Source: an uncultured Actinomycetota bacterium
Lineage (GTDB): Bacteria > Actinomycetota > Actinomycetes > Streptosporangiales > Streptosporangiaceae
DNA length: 64,000 nucleotides
Direction: 5' to 3'
NCBI GenBank assembly: GCA_963795265.1
Contig: CAWCHF010000014.1
Coordinates: forward strand, 77,461 to 141,460
Part shown: positions 41,119 through 52,082 of the stretch, piece by piece
Layout of the letters: each line of letters begins with the position of its first letter
Numbering within the stretch: position 1 is the first letter of the stretch
Notes under the pieces: model-generated
Seen by the model: the letters and a program-made list of their open reading frames with translations, nothing else
Told to the model about the DNA's origin: nothing
Databases searched by the model: none
Position numbers and translations under genes: made by a program

Positions 41119-42238
41119 TCATGCGGCCTGACGGGCGGGCTCCACGAGCGCGGCCAGGGCGCTCTGGATGATGCCGGCCCTGCCGGAGCCGACATGCAGG
41201 TCGCGCTTGATATCGCGGATGGACGGTGGTCTGCCGCCGGCAAGCCGCGCAGCGTAGAGCTTGCGAGCCTCGTCCAGCACAGGGTCCGCAGGCGGCCCAG
41301 GCACGACGAACTCTCGGCCGGCGGCAGGAGTCCTCGTGATCTTGCGCTGCCGGATGAGGAGCTCGAAGCAGCCGCAGGCGAGCGACCAGGTGCTCGGCTG
41401 CGCACCGCCCTCCACGGCCGTTGCGCCTTACGACCACGGTGGAGCGGACGTGGGCCATCAGCTAGCGGATCTCCGATGGCGTCGGCTCGTCCAGCCGCCG
41501 CCCGGCCCACTGGTCCAGGACCTTGGCCCAGTAGGAGCCGTAAGCCCGCCGGGTGCCCGCACTCACCGACGCTGATACCACTGGTGAGTAGTCGGCGAAC
41601 GTCGGCACCTCGCGCAGCGGTGATGCGGCGGCGGCCAGGTCGGCGGGCGTGAGGCCCATCCGATCCAGCAGCAGCAGCGCCGCCTGGACATCAGCCCGTC
41701 TGCCGCTCGCCGTGCTAGCGGCGCCCATCGCGCACCGCCGTCCCCCGGCCGGGAATGCAACCTGGGCTCGGATGGCGTGATCGACCACAGCAAGCGAGCA
41801 GGCTGCCAGCATCCGCGCATCAGGGTGGCCGATGAGCAGCACCTGTGAGCCCGGCTCCAGCCCGCACCGCTGGCGCAGGGCCATAGGAATCGTCAGGTGC
41901 GGGCTGCCACCGACAGGGATCAGGCCGGCCGGGTCGAGGCGCGCCAGGACAACGCCGCGGCCGGCCGTGACTGTCAGCATTTCGCCCGCCTGCCAGCCCA
42001 TTGCGCGCATCACGTCGCGGTCGCCGACGCGGCCCGAGGCGTCGACCCGGCCCATGCCGTACACCAACTCAGATGGGGACGCCGGGCTGTCGGGCGGGCT
42101 CGCCAGCGGCAGCGGGACCGGCGCTGGCCGGCCGCGTCCGCCGCCCCGGCCGGCCATCCGGCCGGCCGGCGGGATCAGCGGGACCGTCAGCTGCTCAGCC
42201 ACGGTCGCCTCCTGCACGGAAGCGGGCAGGCCGCGCAA
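41119..42238 (-). pseudogene. decayed tyrosine integrase next to tRNA-Leu: AbrB/SpoVT-like N-domain and core-binding domain retained, catalytic half replaced by an unrelated HTH-like tail
   Basis: ...ELVYGMGRVDASGRVGDRDVMRAMGWQAGEMLTV...LTIPMALRQRCGLEPGSQVLL...YSPVVSASVSAGTRRAYGSYWAKVLDQWAGRRLDEPTPSEIR* then MAHVRSTVVVRRNGRGGR.AAEHLVA. The reading then switches to ...DPVLDEARKLYAARLAGGRPPSIRDIKRDLHVGSGRAGIIQSAL*. Confidence 0.55.
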
Positions 42239-42311
42239 ATACCGTGCGCGTGTTCAAGCGGGGCACGCGCGTGTTCAAGTGGTACTGGTTTAGGGGAAAT
42301 TTCACCGATTT

Positions 42312-42399
42312 TGGTGTCCGAGGGGGGACTTGAACCCCCATGCCCTTTTGGGGCACTAGCACCTCAAGCTAGCGCGTCTGCCTATTCCGCCACCCGGAC
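42312..42399 (-). tRNA. tRNA-Leu (anticodon GAG), CCA encoded
   Basis: Hand-folded: acceptor GTCCGGG/CTCGGAC, anticodon stem CTAGC/GCTAG with loop TTGAGGT, long variable arm GCCC-CAAAA-GGGC, T-arm GGGGG-TTCAAGT-CCCCC, then ACCA. Confidence 0.9.
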
Positions 42400-42518
42400 G
42401 TGGGCCTGGCCTGAAGTCAAGCCGGCCTCACGATAGCAAATGCGGGCACCTTCCTGCGACGTGGCTTTGGTCGCCAGGCGGCCGTGCGGCTGCGGACAGA
42501 TGGTGCAACGATGACTGG

Positions 42519-43851
42519 ATGACCGACAACACCCCTGTCCCCAGCATCAAAGGCAGCGCCGCCCAGGACGAGGTGGCCACCCTGGCCAGCGACCTGATCA
42601 GGATCGATACCAGCAACCCGGGTGACCACTCAGGTCCGGGCGAACGGGCCGCCGCCGAGCACGTGGCCGCGCTGCTGGCCGAGGCGGGGCTGGAAGCCAG
42701 GATCTTCGAGTCCCATCAGAAGCGAGCCAGCGTGGTGGCCAGGATAACGGGAACGGACTCGTCCAGGCCCGCCCTGCTTATTCACGGCCATCTGGATGTC
42801 GTACCCGCGGATGCGGCTGACTGGCGGGTGCACCCGTTCTCGGGCGAGATCACCGAGGACTGCGTCTGGGGCCGCGGCGCGGTGGACATGAAGGACATGG
42901 ACGCCATCATCCTGGCGGTACTGCGGCAGCGCCTCGCCGAGGGGCGTCGCCCGCCGCGTGATGTCGTCGTCGCGTTCCTCGCGGACGAGGAGGCGGGCGG
43001 GAACTGGGGCGCCCGGTGGCTGGTCGATAACCACCCGGCCGAGTTCGAGGGCGTCACCGAGGCTATCGGCGAGGTTGGCGGCTTCAGCGTCACCATCGGC
43101 GGCAAGCGCCTCTATCTTCTCCAGACCGCGGAGAAGGGCATGGCCTGGATGCGGCTGACCGCGCGCGGCACGGCCGGGCACGGTTCCATGCTGCAGCCGG
43201 ACAACGCGATCACCGAGATCGCGGAGGCCGTCGCGAGGCTTGGCAGGCATGAATGGCCGGTGCGGGAGACCGAGGCAGCGTTTGCCTTCGCGCGGGAAGC
43301 ATGCACCGCACTGGGAGTCGAATTCGATCCGGCCAACGTGGCCGCCGTGCTCAGCAAGCTCGGGCCGATCGCCAAGATGGTCGGCGCCACCTTCAGCAAC
43401 ACTGCCAATCCCACCATGCTGTCGGCTGGCTACAAGGTGAACGTGGTGCCGCAACTGGCTACTGCGCAGGTGGATGGCCGCTTCCTGCCCGGCCATGAGG
43501 ACGAGTTCTTCCGTGAGGTTGACGCGCTGATCGGCCCTGGCGTGACACGTGAGCAGGTCCACCATGACATCGCGGTGGAGACCAGCTTCGACGGTGATCT
43601 GGTGGACGCGATGGCGGCTGCGCTGCGGCGCTGAGGACCCCGACGGCCGGATGGTGCCGTACTGCCTGTCCGGTGGTACGGACGCGAAGTCGTTCTCCAG
43701 GCTCGGCGTCCGCTGCTTCGGGTTCACGCCGCTGCGGCTGCCGCCCGAACTCGACTTCGCGGGCATGTTCCATGGCGTGGACGAGCGCGTGCCCGTGGAC
43801 GCGCTGCGCTTCGGGGTCCGCGTGCTCGACAACTTCCTCGACCGCTGCTAG
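42519..43851 (+). CDS. M20/M25/M40 family metallopeptidase, one frameshift near 43630 as sequenced
   Basis: LLIHGHLDVVPA, GRGAVDMKDM, FLADEEAGG. C-terminal ...PYCLSGGTDAKSF...FHGVDERVPVDAL lies in ORF 43549..43851. Confidence 0.8.
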
Positions 43852-44490
43852 CCGTTTTCCGAGGTCAGTGCGGAATGGCTGGCCTGACCGGGTTGGCCAG
43901 GGATGAGTGGGGACGCGGGCGTCTTTTCGTTTTATTGACGCATGCACGTTGAGTAGTGCTATCGTGACTCACTGTGCGGGGCTGAATCCCCGGGGCGCAA
44001 CCCCCTTTTGTTAGTGCGCACCGGTCAACGGTCTCGTGCCTTGGCGGGTCATTGGGACGACCTCTCTGTGGCCAGCGCCAGCCGGCCAGAAGAGGAGGGT
44101 CTGCCTGTGTTGCCGGAACAGGGTCGAAGCCCGGCCACGCCGGTCTGCAGGCGCGCTCGCTCGCGGCGGCACGGCGCCGCGACAGGCTGCGCGCGGATCA
44201 GGCGCCCGGGCTACAAGACGCTCCCGGCCGGCTGCGGGCAGCCGCCCGCGCTGGTGGCCACGGCTAAGGGCGCTGCTCTGGCGGCGAATCCGGCCGTGGC
44301 CACCACTGACGTGTTATCCCGCTAATCCCGCAGCGCCGCCCGGCGAGTCGGCAGGCACGCTTAGCCCGACGTAACCGGATGGTTCAGCCAGCTTCGCCGA
44401 CGTAACGCTCAGTAAGTGATCGAACGCAGAGAGCACTTAGGAGCGCAAGAGCTAACGGAAAATCGGTCCTTAACGGAGGAAGAGGAAGAC

Positions 44491-45045
44491 ATGAACGCAA
44501 TCGCTGCCCTGGCCGCGAAAGAGGCAGCCGTAGTGTCCGGGATCGGCGCCGGCTTGCTGGCGCCAAGTGCGGTGGACGGGTTCGCCGCGGGCACATTGCT
44601 GTCCGGGATCTGCGTGCTCATGGTCGTCGGCCCGGGTCGCCGGCTGCGCCGCGCGCGCCCGGGCCCCGCACCACTGTCCGCTCGCGACGGCGTGTGGGGC
44701 ACCACTGCCTACGCTGCCACGGCCGGTTACCCCGTTGCGGCGATGTCCGATCCTTATGCCGACGAATCGGCAGAGGCACTCGCGCCTCCCGCGGCCGCGC
44801 TACCGTCCGCGTTGCCCATGCCGTCGCCGGCGCTGGCCGCCTCGCCCGGCCGTGACGACGCCGGGCACGGGCACGATGGCAAGAGCAGCGGATACCGGAG
44901 CAAGCACAGATTGTCGGAGCCCGAGGCTGGCGACCGGCGGCCAGAGTCGCGCCGCAGCGCGCCGCGGCACGCCGCGCCTTCGCATGGCATTGGCAGCAGG
45001 ATGGTCGGCCGGCTCCCCTTGCACCCGCTCACAGTGCGCGACTGA
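44491..45045 (+). CDS. hypothetical membrane protein (one TM, Pro/Ala/Arg-rich tail)
   Basis: GGAGGAAGAGG RBS then ATG at 44491, within ORF 44416..45045. TM segment GFAAGTLLSGICVLMVVG. Confidence 0.45.
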   Translation: MNAIAALAAKEAAVVSGIGAGLLAPSAVDGFAAGTLLSGICVLMVVGPGRRLRRARPGPAPLSARDGVWGTTAYAATAGYPVAAMSDPYADESAEALAPPAAALPSALPMPSPALAASPGRDDAGHGHDGKSSGYRSKHRLSEPEAGDRRPESRRSAPRHAAPSHGIGSRMVGRLPLHPLTVRD

Positions 45046-45185
45046 CGAGACAGTCCGCGCCTTCATCGCAGTACTCCAGAACAGGTACCAGGCCTGACAA
45101 CATAGATAGCTCATGGTGTGCGCGGGCCCGCCGGCCGAGAGCTGGCGGGCTCCGCGCGGCTCGGCGTGCTGCCGGTCGTCCGCTG

Positions 45186-45410
45186 TCAGTATCCGGATCC
45201 CGAGGATCGCTGCGGACCGATAGCAAGCTGGGCCCGCGCCTGCCTGATGATCAGGCGGCGTAGCGTGGCCTTACGGCTTCCGTCGGGATACAGGCGCAAC
45301 CGGGATAGCTCCCAGTTGCCATACTCAGCATGATCGGTCAGGATGCGACGAGCTGTGTCCCTTGAGGTGCCGCGCGGCAAGTACAGCACCAGGTAGGAGT
45401 ACTCGGTCAT
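45186..45410 (-). CDS. DUF5703-family small protein (conserved neighbour of topA in Actinobacteria)
   Basis: MTEYSYLVLYLPRGTSRDTARRILTDHAEYGNWELSRLRLYPDGSRKATLRRLIIR. Confidence 0.7.
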   Translation of the reverse strand: MTEYSYLVLYLPRGTSRDTARRILTDHAEYGNWELSRLRLYPDGSRKATLRRLIIRQARAQLAIGPQRSSGSGY

Positions 45411-45664
45411 CAACTTATTGTGCGCGCAAGCCGGGATGGTTCAATCCTCTTGACGGAATCTCGAGCCAAGGCTAACGCAATGCAGCGACGTCGCAGGGAA
45501 CACTGCGGCGGACAACGCGAGTTAGCTTGTGGAGAGGGAACGGGGTCGTAGCGGCCAGCTGGCGCTCGCTAGCGGGTTACTGCGTGCCTCATATAAAGGC
45601 CAGTGCGCTGGGTGGCCGCAGTCTTACCTGCGGTAGCCTCCTGGGCGATTGCTGGATGTAAAGG

Positions 45665-48580
45665 GTGGGAGACGTGGCAGCAGGGACCGAGGAAACCGCC
45701 GAGAGCCCGAAGGCCAGGGCTAACGGTGGCAGCAAGCTGGTCATCGTCGAGTCGCCGAGGAAGGCGCGGACGATCGCCGGCTTCCTCGGCAAGGGGTACG
45801 TCGTCGAGTCCAGCATCGGCCACATACGCGATATGCCCGATAAGGCGGCCGAGATCCCGATGAAGTACCGCGGCGAACCGTGGGCTCGCCTCGGGGTGGA
45901 CGTCGACCACGACTTCGAGCCGCTGTACGTGGTCAACTCGGATAAGAAGCAGCAGGTCTCTAAGCTCAAGGAACTTCTGAAGGACGCCGACGAGCTGCTC
46001 CTCGCCACTGACGAGGACCGCGAGGGCGAGGCAATCGCGTGGCACCTGCTGGAGGTGCTGAAGCCGCGAGTGCCGGCCAGACGCATGGTTTTTCACGAGA
46101 TCACGCCGGAGGCCATCGCACACGCGGTGGCCTCACCGGGTGTGGTGGACCAGGGCAAGGTCGAGGCTTACCAGACCCGGCGGGTACTTGACCGGCTGTA
46201 TGGCTACGAGCTGTCGCCCGTGCTGTGGAAGAAGGTCATGCCGCAGCTGTCGGCAGGCCGCGTGCAGTCGGTGGCGGTGCGGCTCGTGGTCGACCGGGAG
46301 CGTGAGCGGATCGCGTTCCGGGCTGCCCAGTACTGGGACCTGGAGGCAGACTTCGCCCCGCAGGACGAGTCGGCGGCTGCGGATGTGTCCTCCTTCACTG
46401 CGACACTTGTGTCGGTCGACGGCCGCCGCGTCGCCCAGGGCCGCGACTTCGCCTCCACCGGCGAGCTGCGAGCTGACGGCAAGGCCGGCGAGACCGAGCA
46501 GGCCATCCTTCATCTGGACGGCGCGGCTGCGGGCGCGCTGGCCGGCCGGCTGACCGGTTCTTCGTTCTCGGTCAAGTCGGTCGAGCGCAAGCCGTACCGC
46601 CGGTCGCCGTACGCGCCGTTCCGCACCACGACATTGCAGCAGGAGGCGTCCAGGAAGCTGGGCTACTCCGCCAAGTACACGATGTCGGTGGCGCAGCGGC
46701 TGTACGAGAACGGTCACATCACCTATATGCGCACCGACTCGGTGACGCTCTCGCAGACCGCGCTCAACGCGGCGAGGTCCCAGGCGCGGCAGCTCTACGG
46801 CGCGGAGTACGTGCCGGACGCGCCGCGTGTCTACGACAGCAAGGTCAAGAACGCGCAGGAGGCGCACGAGGCGATCCGGCCGGCGGGGGACGCCTTCAAG
46901 ACGCCGGCCCAGTCCGGCCTGTCCGGCGACGAGCTCCGGCTGTACGAACTGGTCTGGAAGCGCACCGTCGCGTCGCAGATGAAGGACGCGACCGGGGAGT
47001 CGGTCTCGGTCCGCATCACCGGCACGTCCAGTCAGGGGGAGCAGGCCGACTTCGGCGCGTCCGGAAAGGTCATCGCCTTCCACGGCTTCCTGAAGGCGTA
47101 CGTGGAGGGCTCGGACGACCCGGATGCCGAGCTCGACGACAACCAGCGCCGGCTGCCCCCGATGGCGGAACGCGACCCGATGACAGTGCTCCGGATGGAC
47201 GTCGCCGAGCATGCGACCAGGCCGCCGGCCCGTTACACCGAGGCGACCCTGATCAAGGAGCTCGAGGACCGGGAGATCGGCAGGCCGTCTACCTATGCCT
47301 CGATCATCGGGACCATCCTGGACCGGGGGTACGTGTTCAAGAAGGGCAGCGCGCTAGTCCCGTCGTTCCTCGCGTTCGCGGTCGTCACGCTGCTCGAGCG
47401 GCATTTCGCGCACCTGGTCGATTACGCATTCACCGCCCGGATGGAAGACGCGCTGGACGAGATCGCCCGCGGCGAAGCCGAGCGGGTGCCCTGGCTGCAC
47501 CGCTTCTACTTCGGCGCAGACGGCGAGGAGGGCCTCAAAGAACTGGTCAGCGACCTGTCAGACATCGATGCTCGCGATGTCAGCTCGTTCCCGCTGCCTG
47601 GCTCCGACATCGTCGTCCGGGTCGGCCGGTACGGGCCCTACCTGGAGCGCGATGGTCAGCGCGCGAACATCCCCGAGGGCACCGCGCCTGACGAGGTGAC
47701 CGCCGAGTATGCAGCGGAACTCCTCGACAGGCCGAGCGGGGACAAGATCCTCGGCACGGATCCGGAGACGGGCAAGACCATCGTTGCCAAGGCCGGGCGG
47801 TTCGGGCCCTATGTCACCGAGGTGCTCGAGGAGGGCGCTCCGGCATCGGCAAAGCCGCGAACTGCGTCGCTGCTCAAGTCGATGGATCTGGACAGCATCA
47901 GCCTGGACGACGCGGTCCGGCTGCTCACCCTGCCCCGGACGCTCGGCGAGCTGGATGGCGAACCGGTGACGGTGCAGAACGGCCGGTACGGTCCGTACGT
48001 GAAGAAGGGCGCCGAGAGCCGGTCGCTGGAGTCCGAGGAGCAGATGTTCACGCTCACGATGGACGAGGCGCAAGCGCTGCTCGCGCAGCCCAAGCCGCGC
48101 GGCCGGGCCGCCCGGGCGGCAGCCGCGCCGCCGCTGAAGGAACTCGGCGACGACTCGGTCAGCGGGAAGCCCATCGTGCTTCGGGAAGGCCGGTTCGGGC
48201 CCTACGTTACCGATGGCGAGACGAACGCTTCGCTGCGTAAGGGCGACACGATCGAGTCCATCACGCCGCAGCGCGCCATCGAGTTGCTCGCTGAGCGCCG
48301 TGCGGCCGCGCCTGCGCCGAAGCGCCGGCCGGGCACCCGAACAGGGAAGTCAGCGGCGACCACAAGACCGGCAGCGGCCAAGGCAAGACCGGCGCGGCGA
48401 AAACGGGCCAAGGCCCGCGCCAAAAGAAGGCGCGGCCAAGAAGGCACGAAGCTAGGCTACGGGCAGCCGCCGGGCCGCGAAGGCTGCAGGCTAAGACACG
48501 CTTGTCACGGCCTGGTCAGCCCGAGGCTGCGTGCGGCCGGGCGTGGTCGTGGCAGCCCGTTCCCTGATGATTTGTCGTAG
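45665..48580 (+). CDS. topA: DNA topoisomerase I (type IA), actinobacterial long form with basic C-terminal tail
   Basis: KLVIVESPRKARTIAGFLGKGYVVESSIGHIRDMP (Toprim), ITYMRTDS (active-site Tyr region), repeated GRFGPYV/GRYGPYV C-terminal modules. The exact stop is uncertain because the Lys/Arg-rich tail reads plausibly in two frames after about 48340. Confidence 0.9.
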   Translation: MGDVAAGTEETAESPKARANGGSKLVIVESPRKARTIAGFLGKGYVVESSIGHIRDMPDKAAEIPMKYRGEPWARLGVDVDHDFEPLYVVNSDKKQQVSKLKELLKDADELLLATDEDREGEAIAWHLLEVLKPRVPARRMVFHEITPEAIAHAVASPGVVDQGKVEAYQTRRVLDRLYGYELSPVLWKKVMPQLSAGRVQSVAVRLVVDRERERIAFRAAQYWDLEADFAPQDESAAADVSSFTATLVSVDGRRVAQGRDFASTGELRADGKAGETEQAILHLDGAAAGALAGRLTGSSFSVKSVERKPYRRSPYAPFRTTTLQQEASRKLGYSAKYTMSVAQRLYENGHITYMRTDSVTLSQTALNAARSQARQLYGAEYVPDAPRVYDSKVKNAQEAHEAIRPAGDAFKTPAQSGLSGDELRLYELVWKRTVASQMKDATGESVSVRITGTSSQGEQADFGASGKVIAFHGFLKAYVEGSDDPDAELDDNQRRLPPMAERDPMTVLRMDVAEHATRPPARYTEATLIKELEDREIGRPSTYASIIGTILDRGYVFKKGSALVPSFLAFAVVTLLERHFAHLVDYAFTARMEDALDEIARGEAERVPWLHRFYFGADGEEGLKELVSDLSDIDARDVSSFPLPGSDIVVRVGRYGPYLERDGQRANIPEGTAPDEVTAEYAAELLDRPSGDKILGTDPETGKTIVAKAGRFGPYVTEVLEEGAPASAKPRTASLLKSMDLDSISLDDAVRLLTLPRTLGELDGEPVTVQNGRYGPYVKKGAESRSLESEEQMFTLTMDEAQALLAQPKPRGRAARAAAAPPLKELGDDSVSGKPIVLREGRFGPYVTDGETNASLRKGDTIESITPQRAIELLAERRAAAPAPKRRPGTRTGKSAATTRPAAAKARPARRKRAKARAKRRRGQEGTKLGYGQPPGREGCRLRHACHGLVSPRLRAAGRGRGSPFPDDLS

Positions 48581-48644
48581 CCCAGTCCGGCAGCTTCGCG
48601 CTGAAGCGCGACCGGTCCGCTGGCCGGGCCTATAGCCTGGCGCA

Positions 48645-50753
48645 GTGAACTTTAGATCCCCTTTGGGCGCTCGTGGTTCTGGCGTGCTGTCGATCACGCC
48701 GTTCCGCCGCCTGTGGATCGCGCTTTCGCTGTCCAGCCTGGGGGACTGGCTGAGTCTGCTGGCACTGTCGGTGCTGGCTAACAGCTCGGCGGCAAGACCG
48801 GCGGCGGGTTCGCGGTCAGCGGCGTCTGGCTGACCTCGCTGCTGCCCGCATTGCTCTTCGGGCCGCTGGCGGGAGCCGTCGCGGACAAGTTCGACCGGCG
48901 CCTGAACATGATCATCGGCGACGTGCTCAGGGCCGTGCTCTACCTCACGATCCCGATCAACGCCTCCGTCGGCTTCGCCAACCAGCTGACCTGGCTGTAC
49001 GTCGTCCAGTTCCTCGCCTCGTGCGCTTCGCTGTTCTGGACGCCGCCAAAGACGCGTCCGTGCCGAACCTGGTGCCGCCCGACAAGCTCGAGCAGGCAAA
49101 TCAGCTCAGCTTGTTCACTACCTTCGGGACGGCGCCGGTCGCCGGGCTGGTCTTCTGGGTGCTTGCCCTGGTCAGCGCCATATCTCACCCTATTTCTCCA
49201 CGAACCAGGTCAATCTGGCGCTGTACTTCAACGTAGTCACGTTCGTCGTGTCGGCGCTGACCATCTACATGCTGAAAGAACTGCGCCGACGGCCGTGGCA
49301 GCGCGATTTCCTCGCCGTCGGTGCTGAAGTCCATCTGGGACGGCTGGCGGTTCCTTCGGCCATACGCAGGTCGTGCGGGGCATCGTGATCGGCATGACCG
49401 GCGCGTTCGCGGCCGGCGGCGTGGTGATCGGCCTCGGCCCGTCCTACGTGCGCAGCACCCTGATGGGCGGCAGCGCAGGCTGGGGCGCGGTCTGGGCGGC
49501 GATCTTCTTCGGCCTGGCGCTCGGCATGTTCGCTCGGCCCGCGGATCCTGCGCGGCTTCTCGCTGCGGCGGATGTTCGGCCTGTCCATTGCCTTCGCCGC
49601 GCTGCCGCTCGCCCTGATCGCGCTGATACCGAGCCTGATCGCGGTGACCGTGCTGACCGTCGTGCTCGGTGCGTGCGCCGGAGTGGCCTACGTGACCGGC
49701 TACACGGTCATCGGCCTGGAGGTCGACGACGACACCCGCGGCCGGACGTTCGCCTTCCTGCAGTCGGCGATCAGGGTGATCCTGTTCGCGGTGATAGCCG
49801 TTGCACCGACGCTGGCGGCCGCGTTCAACGCGCTGGCGCATGCCCTCGGTATCTCGACCGTGCGGGTCGGCGACGGCGTGTACCGGAATCTTGGCTATAA
49901 CCTGGTGCTGCTGCTCGCGGCGGTGGTCGCGCTGCTGCTCGGCCGGGTATCGTACCGCGAGATGGATGACCGCAAGGGCGTGCCGCTGTGGGCGGACCTG
50001 ACCTCGGTGTTCCGCGGCGGGCGCAGGCCGCCACGCGCGGCGACAGCAACGGCGTGCCGCCGCCAGCCGCAGCCTGCCCGCCGGCCCGGCGTCTTCATCG
50101 CGCTGGAGGGCGGTGAGGGGGCAGGCAAGTCGACCCAGGCCAGGTTGCTCGCGATCTGGCTTCGCGACCAGGGCTTCGACGTAGTCACGACGCATGAGCC
50201 CGGCGCTACCAAGATCGGCATGCGGCTGCGCGCACTGCTCCTGGACAACGCCCACTCAGGGCTGGCGCCCCGGGCCGAGACACTGATGTACGCGGCTGAC
50301 CGGGCCGAGCACGTCCAGTCCGTGATCATCCCGGCGCTCGAACGCGGGGCGATCGTGGTGACCGACCGGTACGTCGATTCCTCGCTCGCCTACCAGGGTG
50401 CCGGGCGTCAGCTGCCGGTGGCCGAGATCGCCGAGCTGAACCGGTGGGCGACCGGCGGCCTGGTGCCGGATCTCACCATCGTGCTCGACCTGTCGCCGGT
50501 CACCGGCCTTGGCCGGCGGCGGTCCTCCGCTGACCGGCTGGAGGCCGAGCCGGTGGACTTTCACCAGCGGGTCAGGGCCGGGTTCCTCAGCCTGGCCGCG
50601 GCCGAGCCAGCGCGTTATCTCGTCCTGGATGCCGCCAGGCCGGAAGCCGACATCAGCCGGGATATCCAGGTCAGCGTCCGGGAACTGCTGCCGGACCCGA
50701 TTCCGCAGGCGGCCGAGGAGAACACCGGCTCGTTCCCCGCGGTCCGGGACTGA
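48645..50753 (+). pseudogene. tmk: MFS-like membrane domain fused to thymidylate kinase (long actinobacterial Tmk); several frameshifts in the membrane part as sequenced
   Basis: FRRLWIALSLSSLGDWLSLLAL..., LFGPLAGAVADKFDRR... and further TM segments spread over 3 frames. The intact kinase part lies in ORF 49572..50753: VFIALEGGEGAGKSTQ, DRYVDSSLAYQG. Confidence 0.8.
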
Positions 50754-50767
50754 CCGGCGGGTGACCA

Positions 50768-52037
50768 GTGGCGCGCGCCGATAGCGGTGCCGGACCGGGA
50801 TCCGATCCGGACGTGACCACCGATCAGGCGGCCCGCGCCGGAGCGGTTTTTGCCGGGCTGACTGGCCAGGAATCCGCGGTGGAGCAGCTGCAGCGTGCTG
50901 CCGCGGCGGCTCAGCTGCGCTGGCGCCATGGCGCAGCGGCAGCTGCCGACACGGTCGGGCTCGGCAGCGCCGGGATGACGCACGCCTGGCTGTTCACCGG
51001 TCCGCCTGGGTCCGGCCGGTCGCTGGCGGCCCGTGCGTTCGCGGCTGCGCTGCTGTGCGAGTGGCAGGGCTGCGGGCAGTGCCAGTCGTGTCATCAGGTG
51101 GCCGGCGGCACGCACGCTGACGTGCTGCTGGTGCGGCCTGACGGCCTGTCGTACGGGGTACGCCAGACCAGGGACCTGGTGCTCAAGGCCGCCGCCGCAC
51201 CGGTCTACGGCCGGTGGCGGATCGTGTTGTTCGAGGATGCTGACCGGTCGACCGAGCAGGCGGCAAACGCGCTGCTCAAGGCGATCGAGGAGCCGGCGCC
51301 GCGCACCGTCTGGCTGCTCTGCGCCCCGTACGCCGACGACCTGCCGACAACCATCCGGTCCCGGTGCCGGCTCGTCACGCTGCGGACACCGCGGACCGCG
51401 GCAGTCGCCGAGGTGCTCGGCCGGGAGGGAATCCCGCCCGAGCGGGCCAGGTCTGCCGGCTTTGGCCGCGCAGGGGCATATCGGGCGGGCCAGGCGACTG
51501 GCAACCGACCCGGAGGCAGCGCGCCGCCGTGGCGAGGTGCTCCGGGTGCCGACCCAGGTAGGCAGCCTGGGCCAGGCGCTCAAGGCGGCAGCCGCGCTGG
51601 TCCGGGCTGCGGAGGCGGAGGCCGCTGCGGTCACCGAGGAGCTTGACGAACCCGAGCGCGATGCACTGCGGCGGGCGTTCGGCGAGGGCTCGACCGGCAA
51701 GGGGGTGGCAACCGCGCTGCGGGGCGGTGCGGGTGCGCTGCGGGAGCTCGAGGACCGGCAGAAATCGCGTGCCACCCGGGTCAAGCGCGATGCCCTGGAC
51801 CGGGCGCTGCTCGACCTGGCCGGCTATTACCGTGACGTGCTGGCAATTCAGCTGCGGGCGTCCGTCGAACTGGCCAACGAGGTTCGCGACGAGGAGCTTG
51901 CGGAGCTGGCCGCAACCTCTGGCCCGGCCGACACGGTGCGCAGGATCGAGGCGATCATGGTGTGCAGGCAGCGGCTGACGGCAAACGTCGCGCCGCTGCT
52001 CGCGGTCGAAGAAATGGCGCTGGCGCTCGGTCGGTAG
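50768..52037 (+). CDS. holB: DNA polymerase III subunit delta-prime, one frameshift near 51450 as sequenced
   Basis: HAWLFTGPPGSGRSLAARAFAAALLCE, GCGQCQSCHQV zinc module, LLKAIEEP, IRSRC. C-terminal half lies in ORF 51033..52037. Confidence 0.85.
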
Positions 52038-52082
52038 CTGCTAGGTGCAGCGAATCGCGTTATGTCCCCGTAATGTTGTGGC

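Noticed and set aside
43970-44400. GGGGCTGAATC... looked like a tmRNA 5' end. The long GC-rich region was also considered as RNase P or SRP RNA.
   Set aside because: There is no T-arm/ACCA 3' end or tag-peptide reading frame. The RNase P P4 elements (GAGGAAAGTCCGGGC / ACAGAACCCGGCTTA-type) and the SRP GGAA/AGCA motifs are absent.
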